Below are positions 13,132-24,030 of a stretch of DNA of 53,106 bases, piece by piece. Made by a program: the position numbers and the translations under genes. The stretch's first letter is position 1. The number at the start of each line of letters is the position of its first letter. The stretch covers positions 44,970 to 98,075 of the forward strand of contig CM119270.1 of assembly GCA_051294375.1 (NCBI GenBank), read 5' to 3'. The notes below the pieces were generated by a model. It ran no database searches, was not told where the DNA came from, and saw only the letters and a list, made by a program, of their open reading frames with translations. Source of the DNA: Paraspadella gotoi (taxonomy: Eukaryota; Animalia; Chaetognatha).

Positions 13132-13865
13132 ATGATGTGACCAATTCAAGCAGCTGCCTTCATCAAGCAGCTGTGCCTCTGTTTTCTTCTCCAGTATTGT
13201 ACTTATGCATGGCACAATCAGAGGCTTGCCCTGCTCAAAGCTTGCCTCGTTTCTTCTCCGATTCATGTCTTATTGATTGACCAATCACGACTGCTTGCCT
13301 TCTCAAGCAGTGCTTCTCAGTTTTCTTCTCTCAGCTCATGTCTTCAGATGACCCAATCAGAGCGCATTGCCTTCTCTTAAGCGCTTGGCCTCTAGTTTTC
13401 TTCTCCAGTCACATGTGCTTATGATGGACCAATTCAGAGAGCTTGCCTTCTCAAGCAGTTCCTCTGTTTCTTCTCCAGTCATGTCTTATGATGACCAATG
13501 CAAGGACTTGCCTTCTCAAGCAGCTGCCTGCGTGTTTTTCTTCCCAGTCATGTCTTATGATTGACCATTCAGACGGCTTGTCCTTGCTCAACAGCGTTAG
13601 CCCTCTGTTTTCTTGCTCCAGTCATGTTTATTGATGGACCAATCAGAGACGCTTGCCTTCTCAAAGCAAGCTTCCCTCTGTCTTTCTTCTCCAGTCAATC
13701 TTGATGATGGACCAATCACGAGAGCTTTGCCTTCTCAAGCAGCTTGCCATCTGTCTCTTTCTTCTCCAGTTCATGTCTTATGATGCGACCAATCAGAGAG
13801 CTTGCCTTCTCAAGCAGCTTGCCTCTGTTTTCTTTTCCAGTCATGTCTTATGATGGACCAATCAG
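13132..13865 (+). repeat. 69-bp CCAAT tandem array, duplicate copy (~10-11 units); a start stub also lies at 12441-12490
   Basis: Same unit and same 3' exit sequence GACCAATCAGCGACGAGTCTTCCCTCAAGAAAC. Confidence 0.93.
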
Positions 13866-15257
13866 CGACGAGTCTTCCCTCAAGAAACCGACCGTCGAGA
13901 AATGAGAGAGAGAACAAGATCATTCTTTAACTTATCTTTAAAAAATTACATTCAATTCCAGGGGAAAATGGGTATCTAGCTAAAGGTAGGTTCTAACTAG
14001 TCTCTCATCAGGGAAAAGAGGTAAGTAGGTTAAGGAATATATTGGTAATTGGTAAATAGCTACAACAAAGGGAACAAGGGTACATAAAATGGAGAGAAGG
14101 GAGAGGGAAGGTTTGCAGACCCCGAGACCGAGAGGAGAAGTTGAGAGAGGAGAAGTTGAGAGAGTGAGTCCGATCTCCAAGACTCTATCCGTGACTCCGG
14201 GGATGAAGAGGAGGGGACGACGAGGGGAGGAGGAGGCGTTGAGAGGGGGAAGAGAAGGCCCGGGGGAGAGAGAGGTTCTGGCGGTAAGGTGAGCCTCTAT
14301 CTTGAATTCTCATGGACATTTTACTATAATGTTTAGAGAAAAAATAAGTTTTATCGTCATCGTTGTCGTCGTTGTTGCCATTGTCGTCGTCATCGTCTTC
14401 TTCGTCGCTTTCGTAGTTGTTGCCATTGTCGTCGTTTCAATCGTCGTTGCCACTGTCGTCGTCATTGTCGTCATTGTCGTCATCGTCGTTGAAATATTTT
14501 GTGACATCGCGTCCAGTCATTTTTTCTCGGTCAGCTGAGTTTACCTTTTTTTGTTGAGTCTTTTCACCGTTCTAGTCGCTTTCTCGTTGCCTTCTTTTAG
14601 CCGAAAACCTCGTCACTTGTTATTCGATCAGAATCGTTTCTCAGCAAAAGATCGGCTGAATGGAACCGGAGTTTTTATGGAATCCAAGGATTTTCGTCAC
14701 GAATTTATTGTACGACACTTATTTCGCTATTTATTGACTTCTACAATAATAAACTAATTCACGATTTATTCGTCATTTATTCGTCATTTATTCGTCATTT
14801 ATTCGTCATTTGAGATTTAGAAAACCTTGCTCCATGTTGTCATCGTCGTTGTCATCGTCGTCGCCGTCGTTATCGTCGTAGTCATCGTTGTCATCGTCGT
14901 CATCTTTGTCGTCGTCGGCATCGTTATCGTCGTCGTCATCGTTGTCTTCGTCGTTTTCGTCTCGATTACAATTTGACGTCATTGAGTCGTGTTTGCATGA
15001 AGATCTCCTTTCTTGTTTGCATGATAATTGATTACATACTTTCATGTTTGCATGTTTGCATGTTTTTATGTTTGCATAATCAACTTTATCCCCCCCAAAA
15101 ATTGATATTTGTTTTTCTAAATTTTTAAATCGAAAACAAATTACTTTTTTCTTTTTTTTTTACTTTATTTTTTTACGAACAGTTAAAACTAACAAATTTT
15201 CTAGAGATACTGAAGTCGGGCATTGCCTAAGTTCACCCCGCCAATAAGCATAAGTAT

Positions 15258-15447
15258 TTCAGTTGTGACCCCCTGGCTCATTGAGTAAAGACATAAGCTC
15301 ACGACCACTAGGTACCGGGCTCAATCCCAACCCGGTACCTACCCTGCAAGTAGTGGGGGTGTTGAAAACCCCCAAGCCTGGTTCCAAGCCCCTTCCATTG
15401 TTCCGACAGGGATTAAAGAATTTACGGAAAATCATCTTCAGCCCACA
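15258..15447 (+). mobile_element. tRNA-derived SINE, diverged copy
   Basis: A-box-like TGGCTCATTGAG and B-box-like GGCTCAATCCC. Body homologous to 20562-20775 (GAAAACCCCCAAGCCTGGTTCCAAGCCC, TTAAAGAA, TCTTCAGCCC). Confidence 0.75.
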
Positions 15448-16097
15448 CATGTCCACAATCCCACTCGTCGCTTCTATTCTGGCGTCAATTGCCCGATCTG
15501 CAGATCCGATTTCCATTCTGGTGACATTAATGATCTTTATCTCCTGCGATCCAACGCTTTTAAATTCAGGCGTTTTTAGAACATCCATACACCAATTTTA
15601 TATTTTTGTTTGATTGTTTTTTTTGTTGTTGTTTTGATTAATTTATAAAAAGCGCAAAACTATATCTGGTCTTAAATTTTTGAATTTATCATCCAAGTTT
15701 TCGAGATAATGGACTTTACCAATTTTTTTTCTTATTTCTATGAAATTTTCATTAAAAAATGTTTTATTTTTATTATTAAAATTTTGGCTCAAAAAGTTTT
15801 TATTACGACCACAAAGAAAAACGAAATCCAAGAAATAAAACAAAGAAAAAATATTGCGACTATAATTTTTTTAGTTGCTTTATCGAGCCTATCTCTCTGT
15901 CTTTCTCTCTCTCTCTCTTTCTCTCTTTCCTTCACTCTCTCTCTATCTCTCTCTCTGTCTCTCTCTCTCTCTGTCTGTGTCTCTCTCTCTTTCTATCTCT
16001 CTCTCTGTCTCTCTCTTTCTGTCTCTCTCTCTCTCTCACTCACTCACTCTCACTCTCTGTCTCTCTCTCCCTCTCACTCACTCACTCTCTCTCTCTT

Positions 16098-16128
<31 letters not shown>

Positions 16129-16129
16129 G

Positions 16130-16162
<33 letters not shown>

Positions 16163-16448
16163 CCTTGTCTAATAAATTTCATCGGTTGTTTTATTTTTTT
16201 AAAAACAAAAAAATCTTAGAAGTTAAGTTTTGAAGTTTAAAAACAAGAAAGTCGTGTTTTTAGTCGGTTGGTCTGTCGGTCGGTTTGTCGGTCGGTTGGT
16301 CTGTCTGTCGGTCGGTCGTCATTAGTTCGGTCTTTCGGTCTGTTTGTCGGTAAATGAATCGATCGGTCGGTCTGTGTCTGTCGCTTGGCTAAATCCGACC
16401 TGATGATAGATTTATTTTCTTAAATTCAGGGGCTTTAGAGAAAAAAAA

Positions 16449-16512
<64 letters not shown>

Positions 16513-17227
16513 AGAAAGAGAGATCGGGAGAGATAGGGAGAGGGACAGAGAGAGAGAGGGAGGTAGAGGCGGCCGGTGACAGTGAAACCTTTTTCCATTA
16601 GACGCCCTTCCTTATTTCGAAAACAATTCATAAAGAAATATATTATCATCATCATACTCATCATCATCATAAACATCATTATCATAATGAACATCATCAT
16701 CATCTTCACCTCATGAACGTCATGAGCTTCTTGAGCGAATTTCTTCAAGATGCGAAATAAAGAATCTGATTGAAATCACGAATCTTGATCGGGAAAAAAA
16801 TAAAAAAAGAAAAGAAAAGAAAAGAAAGAAAAGGAAAGAAAATAAAAGAAAAGACAAGAAAAGAAAATAAGAGAAAAGAAAAGAAAAGAAAAAAATGAAA
16901 GAAAAGAAAAGAAAAAAATGAAAGAAAAGAAAAGAAAGGAAAAAAAATCACGATTTTTAATCGTGAAACGTGATTTCCGCAGATCAAGTTTACGTTGTTG
17001 TTGTTGTTGAAATTATTTAATTTTTTGTTGTCATCGTCTTCTTCGTCGTCATCGTCGTCGTCGTCGTCATCATCGTTTCTTTCATTGACATCCCGACATA
17101 TTTTTTTTCTCTTCTAACGACCAAAGATGAAAGATTAAGATTAAGATTAAGATGAAAGATTAAAGCTTTGAATCTTAATATCCGTCTGTCTGTCTGTTCG
17201 ATTATCAGACTGTCTTTACGCGCGGCA

Positions 17228-17387
17228 TTTTTAGTCGACTCTATAATTCACTTTGTTGGTCCGTCAGTCCGCCCCCTCAATCTTGTCGGGCATTTACTTA
17301 TATCATGTCGGAACATCGAATTATGAAAAATTATGCAAAAAAACTTTGTCTGTCTGTCTGTCCATCCGTCTGTCTGTCTGTCTCTCT

Positions 17388-17418
<31 letters not shown>

Positions 17419-18076
17419 CGTCCGCCCTCCGTCCGTCCATCCATCCGTCCCACCTTAGCAAAAACACCAATTACTTGTGATTGGATGGATGGATTGATAA
17501 TGAAAATTTGTGTGTGGGTAGGAAGTGTGTGATTGAGCTGGATTTGAAGTTTCGATGGATTCGTCTGAGTGGAAATGAGTTTAAATGGAAAAAACTAAAA
17601 AATATACAATATTTGAAAACTAATTACTCATGAGTGGATGGGGCGATTGACTTGAAATTTTGTATTTGGGTAGAAAAGGAGAAAACTGGAAATTAAATTT
17701 TGGATGGATCGTTGATGGAAATGATTTTAATGGAAAAAACAAAGAACCTGTTTGACTATTGATTATGCTTCTCTTTAAATGTAAATGCAAGAATGTATTA
17801 ATTGATCAAATACATTAATCAGTTAATTAATCAATTAGTCAATTAATTAATCAATAATTAATTAATCAGTCAATTAATAAGATTCAAAACAAAACATTTT
17901 GCGATCCAAATTAATAAATAATGCCTTAATAATTTAATATTAATTATCTTGAATAAATTAATTATTAATTAACTTGACTTAATTATTAATTAATTATTTA
18001 TTAATTAATTAAATAATTAATTAATTAATTACCGATAATGATCGTGGGCAGATCCGACATTGTTTGCTCAAACTTG
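17228..18076 (+). mobile_element. HINE/DINE-1-like non-autonomous Helentron, 5' hairpin deleted
   Basis: Homologous to 38003-38884: GTCY microsatellite, duplicated internal core, 3' GCAGATCCGAC plus GTTTG-CT-CAAAC stem-loop. Confidence 0.72.
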
Positions 18077-18094
18077 ATTCTTTTTTCCGTTAGT

Positions 18095-18475
18095 TTTTTG
18101 TTTCCCCGCGAGTACTCGCGGAGCAACTCTATAAGTCACTTTTCAGTCTGTCTGAGGGTCTGTCGGTATGGCGGTCTGTCGTTATATGTTAAAAATGCTC
18201 ATAATAAGCCTATAGTTGGTTGATCATTTGTTAAAACAGGAAAAAACCTTAAATCTAACGGACTGCTAGCGCCGCCTTTAGGAAATCATAAATCTCTATA
18301 AAGAATAAAAGATGAAATTCCGATGCGGTGCGTGTCATAAATACATGGGCGAAGAAAGTTATTGTAGTCAGGTAATCATTTTATGTCACATCATATCATA
18401 TAATATCATATCACGATAAATACACGTGATAAGGCAGTCACTACAGCGCAACACTTTTGAATTACCCTTCTTGTT
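18095..18475 (+). mobile_element. Possible second HINE-like family (duplicate at ~9365-9760)
   Basis: T-run, perfect 16-bp palindrome CCGCGAGTACTCGCGG (18106-18121), ACTCTATAAGTCAC resembling the first family's ACTCTATAATTCAC, GTCT motifs, and a CTTGTT end. Confidence 0.4.
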
Positions 18476-18606
18476 CTTTCTTTCTCTAACTCTTTTCTTC
18501 TTTTTTTGTCTGTCATTTAATCTCGTTTGTTTGTTTGTTAATATATCTTTCCGTTAATCCGTCTGTTTGTCAATCTTTCTTTTCTCCTGTATAGATATTT
18601 ATGTGT

Positions 18607-18661
<55 letters not shown>

Positions 18662-19154
18662 ATTGGGTAATCAGTCCCAATGATGGATGACGAATATCTT
18701 GTATAGAAAATTCTGGGCAAAAAAAATTCAATGGAAAAAAAGGGAGATAATTTTTTCTTCTCATCTTTCATCTTTTGGTTTCTCTCCTACTTATTTTCCT
18801 CTTCCTTTTCTTACTCCTCATCCTCCTCCTCCTTTTCCTTCTCTTCTTCCCCCTTCTCCTTCTCATCTTCCTCTTCCTTCTCCTCCTCCTCCTCTTCCTT
18901 TTCAGTCTTAAACGAAATTCGACGAATTTTGAATTTTTTTATGATTTTTAAAATTTTCTTTTCGTTTTTCTTTTTTATCTTTTTTTTTTCTGTTATTTTT
19001 TTTCTATTTTCCTATTTTATTTTGACGCTTGGTGGATTCTTGGCGAGATATCAATAACAATCCATACGGTGGATTTTTATATTTGGAATTAAATTAGTTT
19101 TAATGTTTAAAGATTAGGCTACAGATTAGTGTTACGGATTAAATTAGGTTAATG

Positions 19155-19290
19155 ACTTGAGTTCGGGATTGGGTTTGTCATCAGGGTCAAGATTAGTTTG
19201 AGTTAGTGTTAGGGAACATCTGGGTTAGGGTAAGGGTTAGGGGACGTCTGGGTTAGGATTAGTGTTAGGGAACATCTGGATTAATTTAAG
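19155..19290 (+). repeat. Degenerate TTAGGG-like interstitial tract (duplicate at ~10430-10560)
   Basis: GGGTTAGGGTAAGGGTTAGGG and repeated GTGTTAGGGAACATCTGG. Confidence 0.55.
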
Positions 19291-20099
19291 GTGTAGGAGC
19301 GAAACAGGAAAGGATATCAAATTTTTTCTCAGCCAAATAAATTATTTTGTCAAAAAAGCTGATACTTTTGTTTTCATTTAATTTCAGATTATAACTTTTA
19401 TTCCATTGCTTATAAAAATGTTACTTTGACCATTTTTTAAATATTTTCATCTTAATCAATTCGCGTTTCTTATCTTATCTTTTTTTCTTCTTGCTCTGTT
19501 TTCCTCTTTTTACTTTTTACTTTTTTCATTTCTCTTTTCATGTATCCTTCATCCTTTCTTTGTTTTCTTTTTTCTTCCTTCCTACTTTTTTCCTCTCCAT
19601 CTTTTTCTCTTTTTTTCCTATTTTCCTCCTTCTTTCCTCCCTTATGTTTTTTCAATTTTTTTTTCTCCTTCTTTCCTCGTTTTTTTCTTTTTCCTTTCCT
19701 CTTTTTCTTCCTCCTTCTTTTCTTCTTTCCTTCCTTTTTCTTTTCCTCTTTTCTTTCTCCTTATTTCCTCCTTTTCTTCCTTTTTCCTTTTATCATTTTC
19801 TTCGTCCTTTTTTTCTTCTTTTCTTCCTTTTTCCTTTCCTCATTTTTTCCTTTTTGCTTTTCTCTTTTTCTTCCTCCTTCTTTGTTTCTTTCTTTTTTTC
19901 ATTCTTTTTTCTTTTCCTCATTTTCTTTTCTTTCTTCATTTTGGTTTCAAGCAAATAATTAAAAATCGATTAAACATTTAAAAAAAAAATTATTCCTTTT
20001 TTCTCTTTTGAAAAAAAAAGAAAGAGAAAAAGTCGACCATATTGAAAGTAACATGTGCCTTTCAGGTCCTTCGCAGCCTTTTCAAGGCTTTAAACCCTT

Positions 20100-20148
<49 letters not shown>

Positions 20149-20325
20149 TCTCTCTTCTCTCTCCTCTTTCTCTTCTCTCTCTCTCTCTCTCTTTCCTTCG
20201 TTCTCTTTCTGTCTGTGCTCTGTCTCTCTCTCGTCTCTCTCTCTCATCTCTCTCTCTCTCTCGTCTCTTCTCTCTCTTTTCCTATCTCTCTCTTCCTATC
20301 TCTCTCTCGTGTCTCTCTCTGTCTC

Positions 20326-20371
<46 letters not shown>

Positions 20372-20382
20372 CTCTCTGTCTC

Positions 20383-20414
<32 letters not shown>

Positions 20415-20531
20415 ACTCTCTCTGACCTTTGATTCGCCGTTTTTTATTTATCCTCCGTTCGTCGACGACGTCACAACAGAGTCACGTGAGAGAGATAGGG
20501 AGGAGAGAGGACGATTAGAGAGAGAAGAGAT

Positions 20532-20561
<30 letters not shown>

Positions 20562-20566
<5 letters not shown>

Positions 20567-20817
20567 AAGCCATCAGCTCATGACCGCTAGGTACTGGGTT
20601 CAATCCCAACCCGGTACCCACCCTTCGGGAAGCGTGTGGTCGGCCGTAAGCCGCCTTGGGGGCGTGGAAAACCCTCAAGCCTGGCTCCAAGCCCAGGAGC
20701 CGTTCCATGGCTGTTAGAGGGGGTTAAAGAAGTTGAGGATAGCACTCTTCAGCCCCACTTCGCGCCTTATCCACAAAAGAAAGAAAGAAAGAAAAAAAGA
20801 AAGAAAAAAGAAAGAAG
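20562..20817 (+). mobile_element. tRNA-derived SINE, 5'-truncated, with twister-like body and (AAAG)n tail
   Basis: GAGTAAAGCCATCAGCTCATGACCGCTAGGTACTGGGTTCAATCCC (B box; CTCAT anticodon-loop-like), GC-rich structured body, CGCCTTATCCAC end, A-rich tail. Homologous to the 15258 and 44650 copies. Confidence 0.8.
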
Positions 20818-20983
20818 GGCGAGGTTACAGTCGAAAACAGATATTGAGCCGAGTTAATAAATAAGAAGAACAGAAAAGAAAAAAATGAAAATAAAAATAA
20901 AATGTGGTTGAAAAGACAGAACATTATACAGTAAGAACCAACTATTTAGATTAAAATAAGCAGTGGATAGAAGACTAAATAAG

Positions 20984-21402
20984 TGAGGTGTTTTGCATTA
21001 AAATAGCCTGGTAATATAAGATTAAAAGAAGCAGGGAATCACAGAATACAACAGCCAACTGTTTTGGATTACAAAGAATTTTCCGAGATGATTACACCAT
21101 CTTAGGAAAATCAACTCAAAACAGAAACGGATCGAAGGATCGGGCGATCTCTCCCGATATGGAATCGCCGAATCATGATTGGTCAAGACGGAATCGGCCT
21201 TGACCAATCAGCGTGCTGAACCAATGGAACTGTCAAAATAACTCTTGCCTCTGATCCTCTTATCTAGATATAACTAGACTTAGCTTTCCTTAGTTTCAGT
21301 CGAATTGATCTGGACTCCTGCGTGTGTCTCACCGTCACTGTATTATTCTCAGAATAAATCTCGTTTTGAGTTCATCCGAGAAATCCATGAGATTTTACTT
21401 CA
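20984..21402 (+). mobile_element. LTR-like segment (5' boundary uncertain)
   Basis: CCAAT boxes (inverted pair TGATTGGTCAAG/CTTGACCAATCA at 21176-21210, plus ACCAATG), TATAA at 21269-73, AATAAA at 21353-58. Ends ...ACTTCA 3 nt before a tRNA-complementary PBS. Confidence 0.55.
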
Positions 21403-21405
21403 ATG

Positions 21406-21449
21406 TGGTGGCAGCGGTGAGATTCGAACCCACGCCTCCGAAGAGACTG
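21406..21449 (-). other. tRNA-Leu (AAG/TAG-type) 3' half with encoded CCA, read as an extended primer-binding site on the + strand
   Basis: Minus strand reads CAGTCTCTTCGGAGGCGTGGGTTCGAATCTCACCGCTGCCA-CCA. This matches the conserved metazoan tRNA-Leu variable arm, T arm and acceptor 3' strand with one mismatch by recall. D arm and 5' acceptor strand are absent. Confidence 0.88.
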
Positions 21450-21937
21450 ATACATTAGAGCCAGTGTGGCGAATCCTAAATTCGCCTCTGGTATAACTTA
21501 GCAAAACTCGGCTAAGTAATCGTTCGCCAACCGTGACTTCCGGGTTCAATCCCCTCACGGTTACGCTGGTTAAAGTGTGATGGTTTCGGCAAAAACACTG
21601 CAGGTCCAAAGCCCCTACTGCCAGCTGTTTCACACCTCACGCCTCACACCCCGGGCATCACTCATGTCTACCAGTTTTAATTCAAAGAAAATTTGGATTA
21701 AAAAAGTCGGGATATAGAAAAGAGAGGGTGATGAAAGAGATGAGAAAAGTTGGGATATGATATGATATTATATGATACGATATCATTCTCTGCGTTGATA
21801 TGATATTAAGTGATAAAACGAAGAAGTTGAAAAAAAAATATCGAAAGATTTTGTGTTGTAAGTGAATATATAGATATTAAAATGTACGTTTTAATTTCAA
21901 TCCAGAAGTTATTTTTCGCTTCGACTTGAACATAATT

Positions 21938-21984
<47 letters not shown>

Positions 21985-22176
21985 TTTTTCATAGACTTCA
22001 ACGTTTTTATGTTCACTTTTTTTTTTTTGCTTTTTAACGATTTTTCGTTTTTATTGTTCACCTGTCGAATTTTCAATTCGGACGCTCAAACATCAGCCGC
22101 ACAAAAGGGAGCTTAGCTTTTCTTTTCTTTTCTTTTCTTTTCTTTTCTTTTTTCTTTTCTTTTTTTCTTTCTTTTC

Positions 22177-22208
<32 letters not shown>

Positions 22209-22254
22209 TTTCCTTTCTTTTATTTTTTCTTTTCTTTTCTTTTCTTTCTTTCTT

Positions 22255-22621
22255 NNNNNNNNNNNNNNNNNNNNNNNNNNNNNNNNNNNNNNNNNNNNNN
22301 NNNNNNNNNNNNNNNNNNNNNNNNNNNNNNNNNNNNNNNNNNNNNNNNNNNNNNNNNNNNNNNNNNNNNNNNNNNNNNNNNNNNNNNNNNNNNNNNNNNN
22401 NNNNNNNNNNNNNNNNNNNNNNNNNNNNNNNNNNNNNNNNNNNNNNNNNNNNNNNNNNNNNNNNNNNNNNNNNNNNNNNNNNNNNNNNNNNNNNNNNNNN
22501 NNNNNNNNNNNNNNNNNNNNNNNNNNNNNNNNNNNNNNNNNNNNNNNNNNNNNNNNNNNNNNNNNNNNNNNNNNNNNNNNNNNNNNNNNNNNNNNNNNNN
22601 NNNNNNNNNNNNNNNNNNNNN
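22255..22621. other. Assembly gap (367 N) within a T/C-rich low-complexity tract (22117-23200)
   Basis: N run flanked by (TTTTC)n-like sequence. Confidence 0.98.
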
Positions 22622-23205
22622 CTTTTCTTTCTTTTTTTTCCTTTTTTTTCTTTTCTTTTCTATTTTTTTCTTTTCTTTTTTTTCTTTTCTTTTTTCCTTT
22701 TCATTTCTTTCCTATTTTTTTCCTTTCTTTTTTTTCCTATTTTTTCTTTTCTTTTTTCCTTTTCTTTTTTTCTTTTTTCCTTTCTTTTCTTTTCTTTTTC
22801 CTTTCTTTTCTTTTCTTTTGTTTTCTTTTTTCCATTATTTTATTTTCTCTTTTTTTTTCTTTTCTTTTTTCCTTTCTTTTCTTTTTTTTCTTTTCCTTTT
22901 TCTTTTGTATTCTTTTGTTTTCTTTTCCTTTTCTTTTCTTTTTTCTTTTATTTTTTTCTTTTCTTTTATTTTTCCTTTCTTTTCTTTTCTTTTCGTTTCT
23001 TTTCTTTTCTTTTTTTTATTTTCTTTTCTTTTCTTTGTTATTTTTGTTTTCTTTGTTATTTTTCTTTTTTTTCTTTTCTTTTCTTTTTCGTTTTATTTTT
23101 TCCTTTCTTTTCTTTTTTCTTCTTTTATTCTTTTCTTTTCTTTTCTTTTCTTTTCTTTTTTTTTCATCCCGCTACTTTTCTTTTTTTACCTCCACTTTTC
23201 TTCTT

Positions 23206-24030
23206 TACTCTGATTTATTGAATCAAATAACAACTAAAAACTTATCCTTGTTTAAGACTTAACCTGAAATCGACGCCAAATCCAATAACAAAACGACAAT
23301 AGGGAAGACATCGACGACAATGAAAACAAGACGAAACCAAGAATTACAACAGAAGAAGAAAGAGAAGAAAATTGTATCTATTATGATAAAAAACATTTAA
23401 CTAATTTTTTTAAAAAAGGGCAGATTTTGAGGTATTAAAAAGTTTAAAGAAAATAGAAAAGAAACATTTTCGTAGTTGTTTTTTATTTATTAGATGAAGA
23501 TGACGACGGCGACGATGATGACGACGATGACAACGACGACGATGATGACTAGGATGTCGACGATGACGACGATAACGACGACTAGGAACAAGGACGATGA
23601 CNNNNNNNNNNNNNNNNNNNNNNNNNTACTCTGATTTATTGAATCAAATAACAACTAAAAACTTATCTTGTTTAAGACTTACCTGAAATCGACGCCAAAT
23701 CCAATAACAAAAACGACATAGGGAACGACATCGACGACGACAATGAAAACAAGACGAAACCAAGAATTACAAACAGAAGAAGAAAGAGAAGAAAATTGTA
23801 TCTATTATGATAAAAAAAACATTAACTAGTTTTTTTAAAAAAAAAGGGCAGATTTTGAGGTATTAAAAAGTTTAAAGAAAATAGAAAAGAAACATTTTCG
23901 TAGTTGTTTTTTTATTTATTAGATGAAGAGACGACGGCGACGATGAGACGACGATACAAAACGACGACAGATAATGACTAGGATGTCGACGATGACGACA
24001 GATAACGTACGACTAGAACAAGGACGATGA
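23206..24030 (+). repeat. Local ~400-bp duplication across the 25-N gap at 23602-23626
   Basis: TACTCTGATTTATTGAATCAAATAAC... at 23206 restarts at 23627. Confidence 0.92.

Larger units (their letters stand above)
11729..20490 (+). repeat. Segmental duplication A, copy 2 (11911-12490 is re-duplicated at 12516-13190 across a 25-N gap)
   Basis: Same order of landmarks as copy 1: hammerhead, 69-bp array, CGT tracts, SINE, HINEs, TTAGGG-like tract, T/C tract. TTACATAATG restarts right after the gap at 12516. Confidence 0.92.

Noticed and set aside
14551-15588. Protein-looking short ORFs 14551-14757 (+) and 15259-15588 (-)
   Set aside because: No recognisable family. The second runs into a SINE, and there is no convincing exon chain.
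19155-19290. Telomere or chromosome fusion site
   Set aside because: Only a few degenerate TTAGGG units in one orientation.
21406-21490. Functional tRNA-Leu gene
   Set aside because: It lacks the 5' acceptor strand, D arm and A box. The encoded CCA indicates a reverse-transcribed copy.
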